A stretch of 64,000 nucleotides of DNA. Origin: Candidatus Latescibacterota bacterium (GTDB taxonomy: Bacteria > Latescibacterota > UBA2968 > UBA8231). The translations under genes and the position numbers were made by a program. The notes under the pieces are model-generated. The model was not told where the DNA came from. It saw only the letters and a list, made by a program, of their open reading frames with translations, and made no database searches. Shown here one piece after another: positions 19,650-30,177 of this stretch (the stretch's first letter is position 1; each line of letters starts with the position of its first letter). The stretch spans positions 1-64,000 of the forward strand of contig OZ242214.1 in the NCBI GenBank assembly GCA_965206595.1, given 5' to 3'.

Positions 19650-20414
19650 ATGCGCTTCCGCCCCTGCATCGACCTGCGCGACGGCAGGGTCGTGCAGATC
19701 GTCGGCGACACCCTCGACGATTCGTCGCAGGGGACGCAGACCAACTTCACCAGCCCACAGCCCGCATCCTGGTTCGCGCGGCGCTACCGCGACGACGGGT
19801 TAGCCGGCGGACACGTGATCATGCTGGGCCCCGGAAACGAGGCGGCTGCCGCCGCGGCCCTCGAAGCCTTTCCCGAAGGGCTGCAGATCGGCGGGGGCAT
19901 GAACCCCGGCAACGCCTGCGGCTGGCTGCAGCGCGGCGCGAGCGCCGTCATCGCCACCTCCTGTCTCTTCGAGAATGCCGCCTTCTGGCCTGCCCGTGCC
20001 GAGCAGATGGCCGCGGCCGTCGGCGCCGGCAACCTCGTCCTCGACCTGAGCTGCGCCGCCCGGGACGGGCGCTACTTCGTGGCCGCGGACCGCTGGCGGA
20101 CCCTCACCGACTTCGAGATCACCCGGACCAACCTCGAGAGCCTCGCCCCCTGCTGCTCGGAGTTCCTCGTGCACGCGACCCAGGTCGAGGGGAAGCAGGG
20201 GGGAATCGACGAAGAGCTGGTGCGGCTGCTCGCCGACGCCAGTCCGCTTCCGGCCACCTACGCCGGGGGCATCGCCTGCATGCGGGACGTCGAGCTCGTC
20301 GCCGGGCTCGGGCAGGGGCGGCTCGACTTCACGGTGGGCTCCGCCCTCGACCTGTTCGGGGGAACGGGGGTGAAGTACCGCGACCTCGTCGAGCGGTACG
20401 GCCCCGGCCGCTGA
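19650..20414 (+). CDS. hisA: ProFAR isomerase, His6/eukaryote-like type
   Basis: 'FRPCIDLRDGRVVQIVG', 'GGHVIMLG', 'LVLDLSC', 'EFLVHA..VEG', 'TVGSALDLFGG'. Confidence 0.9.
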   Translation: MRFRPCIDLRDGRVVQIVGDTLDDSSQGTQTNFTSPQPASWFARRYRDDGLAGGHVIMLGPGNEAAAAAALEAFPEGLQIGGGMNPGNACGWLQRGASAVIATSCLFENAAFWPARAEQMAAAVGAGNLVLDLSCAARDGRYFVAADRWRTLTDFEITRTNLESLAPCCSEFLVHATQVEGKQGGIDEELVRLLADASPLPATYAGGIACMRDVELVAGLGQGRLDFTVGSALDLFGGTGVKYRDLVERYGPGR

Positions 20415-20824
20415 AGCGGGGACCGCTCCCCGCGCCATGGAGGTTTCACGAAGCGGATCCTCATCCCATTCACCCTGCTGCTGCTCGCCCATTCCGCCGC
20501 GCCGGTTGTCTTCGGCGAACCCGGGGACAGCAATCTTCTCGGAGGGGTCACCCTCGAAGCTTTGGGGTACGTGCTCGATCCCCTGAAGCGAGAGCTGCGT
20601 GCGTTGCCGATGCTGTTGGCAGGGCTGGGAGGTGAGGTACGCGGTTAATTGCAGCCACTGAAGAGTGGCGACCTATGGCAAGCGTCAGCAACCGGGACAA
20701 GCCTGATGAACGGCTGGATGGGCGAGAGGGAGAGCCTCCCGGCATTCCGTCCTGCCGGACGGTCCCCAGACCGAGCTTCACCGCCTGCCCGCAACCAGCC
20801 GTGCGGGGTTGGCGGCCCTCCTGA

Positions 20825-22180
20825 TCAGTGCCCGCCGCCGCCGCCCCACAGCTGGAACAGGTTGAAAGCGGTGAACACCGTCACCGCCCAGATCGTGGCC
20901 ATCAACCCCAGCTCGATCGACATCGGCATGCGCACGCGCCCGTCGAGACGCATGGCGAGGTGAAGTACTCCGAACGCCAGGGGGATCAGCAACAGGTTGT
21001 TGCAGTTGGCCCCGAGCCGGAGAAGCAGGAACGGCTTCTCCGCATAGCCTAGCTCGCCGATCAGCCAGAGCAGCGGGATGCCGATCTGCAGCACCCGCAG
21101 CAGGAGCCTCCGCTGTTCGCTGGTCTGCGGCGCCACCGCCCCGGTCTGGCGCAGGAAATCGAGCATGATCCGCCCGGAGCTGGCGGCGAACACCAGCAGC
21201 GTCGAGAACAGGGTGCAGAAGGCGCCGAACATGAAAATGTTCTTCGCCCATCCGCCCAGGGACTCGGTGAAGATCAGCGATACGTTGTCGACGACCTCGT
21301 AGCCTTTGGGTATCACCTCGAGCTTGTTGAGGATCGAGGCTCCCAGCAGGTAGTAGGCGCAGGTGATGACCACGGCGATCCCGGTGCAGACTCCGGCGTC
21401 GACCGCAACCACCCGCATCCAGCCGCGGTAGCGCTCGCGCCACTCCGGGGAACCGTCGCGCGGCCCGATGAACCGCGGGTACCCCTTCTCCCTGATCCAG
21501 TAGGGATACATGAACAGCTCGACCGCGGTGGCCCCGACCGAGCCCATCACCGCCAGGGCGGTGAAGGCCCCTTCGACCGGCATGGCGAATCGCAGCCCCG
21601 AGGCGATCTGCGCCCCGGTGATGGCGTGCTCCGTGCCCTGCAGGGCGAGGACGCAGAAGATGACGACGAGGCTGAAGGCGGCGACCAGGAAGGAGACCAT
21701 CTTCTCCAGGTCTTCGTAGAGGCCGCGGTAGAGCAGCACGCCCAGCAGGGCGAAGATGACGCAGTTCCACGTCCACTTGGGAAGCCACGGGAACACCGAG
21801 CTCATCATCCCGCCCACCGATCCCAGGATGCCGACGAGGGCGATCATGACGCCGAGGAAGCCGGCGATGCACAGCCAGGCGTTCCAGGAGGTGTCGCGCA
21901 GCCTGAACCCCCTGACCCGGTCGAGCGACTGGATGGTGGTCTCGTCCTTGAGCAGGCACTGCCGGCCGAGCTCGAGCTGGATGAAATACTTGATCACCGA
22001 GGCGACGATGACCCCCCACAGGAACACGAAGCCGACTTCGGCCCCCATGCGCGTGGTCACCAGCAGCTCTCCGGAGCCGACCACCGATCCGGAGACGACG
22101 ATCCCGGGGCCGATGTTGCGCAGGAGGCCGCCGAGGCCCCGGGGGGCTTCCCTGATTTCGTGTGACGATTCGTTGTCCAT
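20825..22180 (-). CDS. Nramp-family divalent metal transporter
   Basis: 'IGPGIVVSGSVVGSGELL', multiple TM helices, 'YPYWIREKG'. Confidence 0.8.
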   Translation of the reverse strand: MDNESSHEIREAPRGLGGLLRNIGPGIVVSGSVVGSGELLVTTRMGAEVGFVFLWGVIVASVIKYFIQLELGRQCLLKDETTIQSLDRVRGFRLRDTSWNAWLCIAGFLGVMIALVGILGSVGGMMSSVFPWLPKWTWNCVIFALLGVLLYRGLYEDLEKMVSFLVAAFSLVVIFCVLALQGTEHAITGAQIASGLRFAMPVEGAFTALAVMGSVGATAVELFMYPYWIREKGYPRFIGPRDGSPEWRERYRGWMRVVAVDAGVCTGIAVVITCAYYLLGASILNKLEVIPKGYEVVDNVSLIFTESLGGWAKNIFMFGAFCTLFSTLLVFAASSGRIMLDFLRQTGAVAPQTSEQRRLLLRVLQIGIPLLWLIGELGYAEKPFLLLRLGANCNNLLLIPLAFGVLHLAMRLDGRVRMPMSIELGLMATIWAVTVFTAFNLFQLWGGGGGH

Positions 22181-22252
22181 AAGTCTGTAATTGTCTGCGG
22201 GTGAGGTCAGCGGTCGTCCGACTCGGGAAGTCATGGCTGACGAGCCGGAAAC

Positions 22253-23098
22253 CTATGGGAATGGGTATCCCCTCTCAACCGGAGGGGAGGCCGCCAGCCG
22301 CAGCAGCTCGCCGGCGTGCTGGGCGAGCACGGCTTCGGCATCGCAGCCGCTTCCGGGCCGGTGTATCACCTCGACCGACACGTACCCTTCGAAGCTGGCG
22401 CGGCGCAGCAGCTGCAGGGGGCTGGAATGGTCGATCTCCCCGTCGCCGAGGCGGTCGAGCAGCTGCAGCCCGCCGTCGACGCAGCGGCCATCGTGGGCGT
22501 GGGCGTGGCGGGTGAGCATGCCGACGGCGAGGAACGACTCGGCCGGGGTCTCCATCATCCGCTGCGGATGCATGAAATCCCACAACACTTGCAGGCAAGG
22601 GTCATCCACCGCTTCGATCACGGCGCGCACCGGCGCGGTGGCGGACCAGTCGTCGTGCGTCTCCAGCAGCAGGGTGACGCCGGCGTCCCGCGCCTGGTCG
22701 ACGACCTGCCCGTAGCCGGCGGCGACGTAGTCGACCACCGCGGACCATTCCGCGTCGCGGTCGCGGCGGCCGCCGAAGGTGCGCACCAGGCCGCACCCCA
22801 GGTCCGCGGCGAGATCGAGGTAGCGCCGCAGATCCTCGATGTGGCGGGCGCGCTCGCCGGCATCCGGCTCGGCCATGCGCACCCCGGTTGCGAGGCAGCA
22901 GATCTCGAGTCCCTCGGAGGCGAACAGGTCCCGCGTCTCGCGGCGGCGGTCCGCAGGCAGGTCCACCTCGATGCCGCAGAGGTGCCCCCATTCGACGCGC
23001 GGCTCGAAACCGGTGTAGCCGTGCTCCTTCATGGCGCCGGCGATTTCTCCGAGCGTCCAGTCGGGACAGACGCTGCTCATGAAGGCAAGCTCGATCAT
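22253..23098 (-). CDS. Sugar phosphate isomerase/epimerase (AP endonuclease 2 TIM barrel)
   Basis: 'LLETHD', 'LWDFMH', 'HAHD', 'VSVE'. Confidence 0.85.
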   Translation of the reverse strand: MIELAFMSSVCPDWTLGEIAGAMKEHGYTGFEPRVEWGHLCGIEVDLPADRRRETRDLFASEGLEICCLATGVRMAEPDAGERARHIEDLRRYLDLAADLGCGLVRTFGGRRDRDAEWSAVVDYVAAGYGQVVDQARDAGVTLLLETHDDWSATAPVRAVIEAVDDPCLQVLWDFMHPQRMMETPAESFLAVGMLTRHAHAHDGRCVDGGLQLLDRLGDGEIDHSSPLQLLRRASFEGYVSVEVIHRPGSGCDAEAVLAQHAGELLRLAASPPVERGYPFP

Positions 23099-23223
23099 GG
23101 TTGTTGAGGTCAGCTCCGCATACCGGGTGAAGGTGACTGCCGGCGAGACCCGGCAATCGGCGCGACGAAGGTAGGCCACCACGGGCGGAAATGCAGGCCC
23201 CTCCCCGGCGACAGGTCTCAGCC

Positions 23224-23928
23224 TCAGGCGGCCTCGGCAAACAGCTGCGTATTGCCTCGCTTACCGACCACCTCGAGGGCGCCCATCTTCTTGAGGCAGT
23301 AGGTGAGTTTCGCCGCCAGCCGCAGGGAGTACGAGGTGCTCTCGGCAAACTCCCGGTTGGTGAACGGCCTCTCCAGCTCCTCGGGAACGAATTCGAGAAA
23401 ATCCGCCGGCTGCGCCAAAATCCGGCGCTCCACCACCTCCAATAGACGGCGGTCGCGGCGCGTCCATTCGCGGTGGCGCCAGCTGCCGCGGCCGTCGTAG
23501 CAGCGCACCTCCTCCTCCTGAATCATCAGCACCTCGATACTGAACGAGTCCCTGTTCACCAGCTCGGGAATGCTGACGAGCTGCTCGAACAGGTGCGCGG
23601 CCATGCCCCGCTTCGGGGACCTGCGGCGGCCGAGAACGGTCTCCTCGTCGGCGGCGAGCCGCAGGATCCACTTTTCGCGGGGGATCGGGTGAACCAGCCT
23701 GACCTCGTACTCCTCGGTCAGGCGCCGCAGCTTGCGCTTGAGGGGGGCGAAGCCGCGGGTCTGGATCTCGATCAGCAGCTGCCGGTCGCGCACCATGCTG
23801 CCGTCGCGGACGATGTCGACGACATAGCCCCCCACCCTTTCCTCGAGCAGGTCGCCGGGAAGGGCGTACCACTGCTTGACCGAGGCGTGGAGCGAGCGCT
23901 CCCGGAGGATGCCGATATGTTCGGACAC
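23224..23928 (-). CDS. Hypothetical PD-(D/E)xK nuclease-like protein with C-terminal HTH
   Basis: 'ERSLHASVK', 'YVVDIV...LIEIQT'. Confidence 0.6.
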   Translation of the reverse strand: MSEHIGILRERSLHASVKQWYALPGDLLEERVGGYVVDIVRDGSMVRDRQLLIEIQTRGFAPLKRKLRRLTEEYEVRLVHPIPREKWILRLAADEETVLGRRRSPKRGMAAHLFEQLVSIPELVNRDSFSIEVLMIQEEEVRCYDGRGSWRHREWTRRDRRLLEVVERRILAQPADFLEFVPEELERPFTNREFAESTSYSLRLAAKLTYCLKKMGALEVVGKRGNTQLFAEAA

Positions 23929-24260
23929 GGAGTTCCCTTCGCGAGGGTGGTTCGCGACAGGGGAAGATGCGGTGGGGGGCGCGGCGTTCGGCAGGGGATG
24001 CCGAGGGATTCAAATGTACCGACGGCCGAAAGGGGCCGCCACGAGTATTCGGGCTGCTTACCGGGCCTCCGACAGCTGTGAGGTCGAGGGTGGCACAGGT
24101 GATTCTTATACGAATACAGCAGGTGAAACGCCGAGCCACTTTGCGGGGCGCCCGAGTCGATTCCCGCCGATCGGTTTTCACCCCCCTCTGATTTCAGGTT
24201 GACTCTGAAATACTCATGAGTAAATTAAGGTCCTGCCTGAAACACTAACGCCATATCGAG

Positions 24261-25412
24261 ATGGGAAGCAGGATGAAACCGCGCTACATCAAGGACCACA
24301 TCGAAGCGGATCTCGCGAAGCGGATGGTATTCGTCGGCGGGCCGCGCCAGGTTGGAAAAACCACCCTGGCCCTGTCTCTGCTCGGACCTGGCAGCAACGA
24401 GTCGTCCCCCGCTAACCTGAACTGGGACGTGCTTTCCGATCGCGAGAATATCCTGGCGGAACGCCTGCCCTCCGGCCAGCCCCGCATCATTTTCGACGAG
24501 ATCCACAAGTTCGCGCGCTGGCGAAACCTGGTGAAGGGACTGTTCGACAAGAACAGAACCTCCATTTCCTTCATCGTCACCGGATCGGCGCGTCTCGACT
24601 ACTACCGCAAGGGCGGGGATTCCCTGCAGGGGCGGTATCACTACTACCGGCTGCATCCGTTCACGGCGACGGAGTACGGGGCGGCTGCGGATGAGGCGAC
24701 AGCGGAGCAGCTGCTCAGGTTCGGCGGTTTCCCCGAGCCGTTTCTGCGGGGAGAGGTGCGCTTTCATCGCCGCTGGCAGCGCGAGCATTCCACCAGAATC
24801 ATCCACGAGGATCTCCGCGATCTGGAGAACGTCAGGGAGATTTCGATGCTGGATCTCCTGCTGTCTCACCTGCCGGGGTGCGTGGGCTCCCCGCTTTCCG
24901 TCAACAGCCTGGCCAGGCTGCTGCAGGCGTCGCACGAATCCGTCGAACGCTGGCTGGCGATCTTCGAAAGGATGTACCTCTGCTACCGCATTCCACCGTT
25001 CGGGGGGAAGAGGATCAGGGCGGTCCGCAAGGAAAGGAAGCTCTACTTCTGGGACTGGTCGCGCGTTCCCGACCGCGGCGCCCGGTTGGAGAACATGGTG
25101 GCCGGCCACCTCCTCAAATACTGCCACTTCGTCGAGGACACCGAAGGATACGGGATGGAGCTGCGCTTCATTCGCGATACCGACAAGCGCGAGGTGGACT
25201 TCGTCGTTCTCCGCGGCGGCGCTGCCGAGTTCGCCGTCGAGTGCAAGAGCGGCGAGCAGAGCGCGGCGCCGGCATGCCGGTATTTCAGGGAGCGGACCGA
25301 TATCCCACGGTTCTACCAGGTACACCTGGGCACGAAAGACTTCGGCAACGAAAACACCGGCACGCGCGTGCTGCCGTTCTCCACATTCTGCCGCGAAGCT
25401 GGCCTGCCCTGA
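24261..25412 (+). CDS. AAA_14 ATPase with DUF4143 domain
   Basis: 'GPRQVGKTT', 'FDEIHK', 'TGSARL', 'GGFPE', 'EVDFV...ECK'. Confidence 0.88.
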   Translation: MGSRMKPRYIKDHIEADLAKRMVFVGGPRQVGKTTLALSLLGPGSNESSPANLNWDVLSDRENILAERLPSGQPRIIFDEIHKFARWRNLVKGLFDKNRTSISFIVTGSARLDYYRKGGDSLQGRYHYYRLHPFTATEYGAAADEATAEQLLRFGGFPEPFLRGEVRFHRRWQREHSTRIIHEDLRDLENVREISMLDLLLSHLPGCVGSPLSVNSLARLLQASHESVERWLAIFERMYLCYRIPPFGGKRIRAVRKERKLYFWDWSRVPDRGARLENMVAGHLLKYCHFVEDTEGYGMELRFIRDTDKREVDFVVLRGGAAEFAVECKSGEQSAAPACRYFRERTDIPRFYQVHLGTKDFGNENTGTRVLPFSTFCREAGLP

Positions 25413-25472
25413 CAGGCCTCACGGCATTTAGCGATAAATTGCAGCGGACAAGGTCCCGCCATCCCGGGGCTT

Positions 25473-26222
25473 CTACTGGGCCGGCGTTTCCGGTGCCGGG
25501 GGAAGGGGCCCCGGAGGCTCGGGAACCGAGGCGCCAATGGCGAGCCAGAACATCCAGAGGAACAGCACCACGGCCAGCGCCCGTTTCGCCGGCACCTGGG
25601 CCATCACCGACAAGCCGGTGCCGATGACGAAGACCTGCCACAGGTCGAACAGGTTGGCGCCGATCAGCAGCTTGCCGAAGAAGGTGCCGGCCCCCTCCTC
25701 GCCGACGAAGGCCCCCGGTCCCAGGTGGACGAACGGCTTCTGGGAAAGCAGCATCAGCGGCGTGCTCACCACTTTCTCGATGGCGACGATGACCGCGGCG
25801 TATCCCTTCAGGGTCAGCATCTGCCGCAGCGAGACGTCGACGCGCAAGATCCAGCGCCCGACGGCCAGCATCACCAGCCCGACGCAGACCACCGTCGAGA
25901 AGCCGTTCACCAGGGGCAGGGTCATCCAGCCGTGCTCGCGCCAGGTTTCGAGATTCTCCAGGGCCTGCTGGCGCTGCTCCTCCGGCAGCCCGTTGAGGCG
26001 ATCCTGCATCGCCGGCAATCCGGGGTCGGCGGTGACCGACAGGGTCGCGTAGTTCGAGCCGATCCAGATCAGGCACATCAGCAGGACCGGCAGCAGCCAG
26101 TCCTGCGAGGTCGGGTCGTCGCGCACCGCTTCGAAGCTCGTCCGCGGGGCGTACACCACGCGCGCCAGCCGGTCCGTCAGGGACAGGTCCTCGTAGCCGG
26201 TCGAGAAGGAAGGTTTGTTCAT
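25473..26222 (-). CDS. YIP1-family membrane protein
   Basis: 'VVYAPRTSFE...WLLP', 'NLFDLW', 5 TM segments. Confidence 0.75.
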   Translation of the reverse strand: MNKPSFSTGYEDLSLTDRLARVVYAPRTSFEAVRDDPTSQDWLLPVLLMCLIWIGSNYATLSVTADPGLPAMQDRLNGLPEEQRQQALENLETWREHGWMTLPLVNGFSTVVCVGLVMLAVGRWILRVDVSLRQMLTLKGYAAVIVAIEKVVSTPLMLLSQKPFVHLGPGAFVGEEGAGTFFGKLLIGANLFDLWQVFVIGTGLSVMAQVPAKRALAVVLFLWMFWLAIGASVPEPPGPLPPAPETPAQ

Positions 26223-26300
26223 GAATTGGAAGTCCTGAAAGAGGCCGAATATAGGGACGGAAACGGTTTAACGGACAGGCTTCCGGCGCCTTCCGACGCG

Positions 26301-26329
26301 TTGACAGGGTAGCCTTTCCGGGATAGAAT
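26301..26329 (+). promoter_or_regulatory. sigma70 promoter of tRNA-Glu
   Basis: TTGACA-17 bp-TAGAAT. Confidence 0.8.
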
Positions 26330-26352
26330 TAACCGATTCGCAACCGCTTCAT

Positions 26353-26428
26353 GGCCCGTTCGTCTAGAGGCCCAGGACGCCGGCCTCTCACGCCGGTAAC
26401 ACGGGTTCGAATCCCGTACGGGCTACCA
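26353..26428 (+). tRNA. tRNA-Glu (CTC)
   Basis: Cloverleaf; anticodon arm CCGGC-CTCTCAC-GCCGG; GGTTCGAATCC T-loop; CCA end. Confidence 0.97.
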
Positions 26429-26438
26429 TGAAATTTGA

Positions 26439-26470
26439 GAAGGGAGTGTCGAGAGGCACTCCCTTTTTTT
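26439..26470 (+). terminator. Rho-independent terminator
   Basis: AAGGGAGTG...CACTCCCTT followed by T-run. Confidence 0.85.
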
Positions 26471-26557
26471 GTTGCCCGGGCTAAAGGACGCACCGGAACC
26501 GCTGCGGAAGGCTCTGGCCTCGAACGTGGGCCGATACTGGCGGTATTCCGCGCCGGT

Positions 26558-26992
26558 TCAGGCCGCTCTGTCGGCGACCACCAGGCCGCGACCGAGGGCG
26601 CGCAGGGCGGTTTCCACGCTGCCGATATGGGATCGGTGGCCGGGATTGCACAGCTTGCGCACGGCCCCTTCGCTCAGCCCGAGAAGGCGGGCGAGCTCGA
26701 CCTTGGTGACTCTTTGGCGCCGCATGGCCGTATAGAGGGCCAGCTTGGCGGCCAGGACGGTCGGGACCGCTACCATTTCCTGCCCGGGAACCGCGGCGCT
26801 CGGAACGGGGATGTCCCGGCGCTCAAGGACATATGCGGTCAGAGCAACGGCGAGGGCGTCCTCGGCCAGGGTAAGGGACTCTTCCTTGGTTCGCGCCCCG
26901 GTGATGGCTTCCGGGACGTCGGGGAAGGTCACGATGTACCCTTCGCCCTCTTCTTCATCGGGGGTGAGATTGCATGGATAAACGTAATGCAT
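26558..26992 (-). CDS. hicB: HicB antitoxin with C-terminal HTH
   Basis: 'YIVTFPDVPEAIT...EDAL', 'ELARLLG'. Confidence 0.9.
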   Translation of the reverse strand: MHYVYPCNLTPDEEEGEGYIVTFPDVPEAITGARTKEESLTLAEDALAVALTAYVLERRDIPVPSAAVPGQEMVAVPTVLAAKLALYTAMRRQRVTKVELARLLGLSEGAVRKLCNPGHRSHIGSVETALRALGRGLVVADRAA

Positions 26993-27001
26993 GATTCCTC
27001 C

Positions 27002-27207
27002 TCAGAAATCCCGTTTTTCTATACCGAGTTGCTTGAGCATGGCTGTCACCATTCCCTTGGAAATTTCGCCTCGCTTTACGACCGTACGCCTATCCCCCAG
27101 GTAAAGAAAACCATGGCTTCCCTTGCCATGACCAGAATCAAAACGGCATTCCCTGCCTGTCTTCCTGGCGTAGCGCCGGACCCGCCTGATGAATTCGCTC
27201 CGTTCAT
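27002..27207 (-). pseudogene. hicA: HicA toxin with 1-bp deletion at codon 3
   Basis: ATG-to-TGA span is 206 nt; restoring one base gives 'MNGSEFIRRVRRYARK...GKGSHG...GMVTAMLKQLGI'. Confidence 0.8.
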
Positions 27208-27224
27208 GTATCAGTCAACCTGCA

Positions 27225-27242
27225 CTGAATAGCACGATTCAG
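27225..27242. promoter_or_regulatory. Possible HicB operator
   Basis: CTGAAT-N6-ATTCAG palindrome just upstream of hicA. Confidence 0.4.
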
Positions 27243-27553
27243 CAAGTTTTTCGTAAAACAGAGGACCCTACATGCAGCAGACCGCTCGAAATCGGGCCGA
27301 CTCGACCAGGGCTACCGCGGTCGCCGGAAACCGCAACTCGTGAGTTCGGTCTCCGCCGCGGCGACAACCGGCCCCCCGACCCATCTGAACGAAGGACCCG
27401 TGTCCGCGGCCGTCGGCGGCATTCACGGGGAAGACGACCGATGAAGGAGAACCCGATCCAATCCATCCACCTGTCGCCCGGAAACAAAGGAACAAGGACC
27501 TCACCGGGACCCGCCCCTGCGGAGTCCCCGAACTCGAGCGCAGGAGAAATGAC

Positions 27554-28957
27554 ATGCCACGTCCCGTACGCATCGGCGTAATCGGCGCCGGTTCCGCCAC
27601 CTTCACCCTCGGCCTCGTCAGGGATTTGTGCCTGACGCCCAACCTCAAAGGGAGCGAGGTCCACTTCATGGACATCGACGCCGGGCGCCTCGACGCGGTC
27701 ACCCGCATGGCGCGGCGCTACACCGACGAGGTCGGGGCGGAGCTCCGTTTCGAGCAGACCACCGAGCGCGCCGAAGCCCTGCGCGGCTGCGACTTCGTCA
27801 TCGACACCGCCATGGTGCAGAGCCATCACCACCAGGCCGGCATGAGGGAGCTGATGGCGAAGCACGGGTACTACTACCGCGGCGTCTCGGCCGGCTCCTT
27901 CTACCAGTTCGGCGTAATGATGGAGTTGGGCCGGGACATGGAGCGGCTGTGCCCGGAGGCCTGGCTGATCCAGTCGGGCAACCCGGTGTTCGACGGCTGC
28001 ACCCTGATGACGCGGGAGATGCCGATCAAGATCTGCGGCCTCTGCCACGGGCATTTCGGGTACCTGCGCATCGTCGACGAGCTCGGTCTCGACCCCGACC
28101 GCGTCGACTTCGAGGCGCCCGGGGTCAACCACTGCATCTGGATGACGCGCTTCCGCTACGACGGCGAGGACGCCTACCCGCTGATCGACCGCTGGATCGA
28201 GGAAGAGGGGGAAAACTACTGGGCCACCCACGAAGCGGACGGGACCCACGACATCCAGCTCTCGCGCGGCACCATCCACCAGTACCGCATGTACGGGCTG
28301 ATGCCGATCGGCGACACGCCGCGGTCGGGCGGCTGGTGGTACCACACCGACATCGACACCAAGAAGCACTGGTACGGGGAACCGTTCGGAGGCCCGGACA
28401 CGCACATCGCGCGGCCGGTGTTCGTCGAGCGCCTCGACCGCAGGATGGAGCAGATACGGGCCGCCTGCGCCGACCCGGGGGCGCGCATGACCGAGGTATT
28501 CGGCACCGAGCGCACGCGCGAGCAGCAGGTGCCGATCATCGACGCGCTCGCCAACGACGTGCGCGGGAAGTTCCAGGTCAACGTGCCCAACCGCGGGGCC
28601 CTGCCCGGGGTGGACGACGACGTCGTGGTCGAGGTGCCGGCGGTGATCGACGGCGAGGGGATCCGGCCGCTACGGCTCGAGCCGCTGCCGAAGAAGATCA
28701 TGCTCGAGCAGGTCCTGCCGGAGATCCTGCGCATGGAGCGCGGGTTGGAGGCGTATCGCACGGGGGACCGGAGCATGCTGCTGTGGGGGGCGCTGGAGAA
28801 CCACCAGACCCGTTCGTACGAGCAGGCCTGGGCGGCGCTGGAGGAGCTGCTGGAGCAGCCGGCCAACCGCGAGCTGGCCGCGCACTTCAGGTATCCGTGG
28901 GGCGAGGGGGAGGAGCGGAGGTGGCTGCGGGGGGGGGGTTCGGTGGCTGCGGGGTAG
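27554..28957 (+). CDS. Glycoside hydrolase family 4 (NAD-dependent alpha-glucosidase/galactosidase)
   Basis: 'IGAGSATF', 'GNP', 'GLCHG', 'GVNH', 'VVEVP'. Confidence 0.92.
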   Translation: MPRPVRIGVIGAGSATFTLGLVRDLCLTPNLKGSEVHFMDIDAGRLDAVTRMARRYTDEVGAELRFEQTTERAEALRGCDFVIDTAMVQSHHHQAGMRELMAKHGYYYRGVSAGSFYQFGVMMELGRDMERLCPEAWLIQSGNPVFDGCTLMTREMPIKICGLCHGHFGYLRIVDELGLDPDRVDFEAPGVNHCIWMTRFRYDGEDAYPLIDRWIEEEGENYWATHEADGTHDIQLSRGTIHQYRMYGLMPIGDTPRSGGWWYHTDIDTKKHWYGEPFGGPDTHIARPVFVERLDRRMEQIRAACADPGARMTEVFGTERTREQQVPIIDALANDVRGKFQVNVPNRGALPGVDDDVVVEVPAVIDGEGIRPLRLEPLPKKIMLEQVLPEILRMERGLEAYRTGDRSMLLWGALENHQTRSYEQAWAALEELLEQPANRELAAHFRYPWGEGEERRWLRGGGSVAAG

Positions 28958-29130
28958 GGTCGCGGCGCGGGCAAGCTGGAGGCAGGTCGGCCAACGGATC
29001 ATGAGGTGGGTGGAGATAACTCCAGACGGCACAGGGATACCTGAGGCATGCTGGCAGACGCCCAGAGCGACTGAGCCGTTCTGCAAGACCGCGGGATTTC
29101 CCCGAGCCCGGGCTTACCCGCAGGTCCGCT

Positions 29131-30036
29131 TCATGTCAGCGCCGGGGGGCGAAAGACCTCTTTCCCATGCCACTTCACGAACCTGGGGTCGGGACCCAGA
29201 CAGCGGTTCCGAGGCGACCGAAGCGGCTTGTCGTGGTAGTCGAGAAACCAGCGAACCGGGGCGCTGAGGCCGTGGACTTCGCTGGAGACCAGCACCTTGT
29301 AGCCCCCCGCCTCGACCGGTTCCAAACCAAAGGCTCCCCGGTCGAACGCCTTGTGGTGCAGCCCGCACAACGCCAATCCGTTCGCGACCTCGTCCGGACC
29401 TCCGGCGGCATGCCACTTGATGTGCGCCGCTTCCAGACCGATCAACTCATTCCCCAGACGCACGTCGAAGTCACAGACGGCGCAACGGCGCTGGTACTCG
29501 CGCAGAACCTCGTCGCGGAAGGCCGGGTCGCGCCTCGGAGGAAGGGGCGCATCACGCGCCACCCAGGTACGTGGGATTCCGACGGCATCGCGGATCTCAT
29601 CGTGCAGGGATTCCGGGAAGTGCCCGTCCAGGAGTCTTTGCGCTGCCTCTCTCCCCAACTCCGGCCGGTTGCGGAGCAGGTCGTACAGCGGCTCTGGAAA
29701 ACCGCCCTGCACTCCACGCTCGCGCAGATCCCGAACTCGAAGATCTCCGCTCGCAGTGCGGGACAAGGTTTCCCTCTCGGGGATCTCCCAGAGTTCGTCG
29801 GCGGGCAGGCGGCCAAACGGGAACTCCGGATGCCACGCCTTGCGGGGCGGACCGAAATTTTTCAGGAGGTCCGTAAGCCGGCTCTCGATCTGCATGTAGG
29901 CAGCAAGTCGTTCCCGCTTGCCGAGGACGCGCCCGAGCGCCAACAGCAGCAGCAGGGGTTTGTGCGGCGCGCGTTCCCCGCGTCGTTGCCAGACGTTGAT
30001 GCGCTCGATTTTCTGCAGAAACTCGTCGCGATTCAT
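29131..30036 (-). CDS. SBD-HNH endonuclease (phosphorothioate-DNA-binding restriction nuclease family)
   Basis: N-term 'RAPHKPLLLL' and 'PEFPFGRL' resemble the sulfur-binding domain; C-term HNH 'CAVC...LEAAHIKWH...NGLALCGLHHKAFDRG' intact. Confidence 0.8.
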   Translation of the reverse strand: MNRDEFLQKIERINVWQRRGERAPHKPLLLLLALGRVLGKRERLAAYMQIESRLTDLLKNFGPPRKAWHPEFPFGRLPADELWEIPERETLSRTASGDLRVRDLRERGVQGGFPEPLYDLLRNRPELGREAAQRLLDGHFPESLHDEIRDAVGIPRTWVARDAPLPPRRDPAFRDEVLREYQRRCAVCDFDVRLGNELIGLEAAHIKWHAAGGPDEVANGLALCGLHHKAFDRGAFGLEPVEAGGYKVLVSSEVHGLSAPVRWFLDYHDKPLRSPRNRCLGPDPRFVKWHGKEVFRPPALT

Positions 30037-30177
30037 CGATCAGTAAGAGGGCGAGATCTGGGCGTATCGTCAAGGTTACACGGAGAAGGTTTTCTTGGAA
30101 TTGATGACGGGGTCTGGGAGGTGAGGGTTCGGTCCCCTCAGAGACTGGGCCGCATGGATTCGATCGGTTCTGCAACC

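Noticed and set aside
26353-26428. tRNA-Glu as attB of a downstream island
   Set aside because: No duplicated tRNA 3' end found, and the native terminator follows directly
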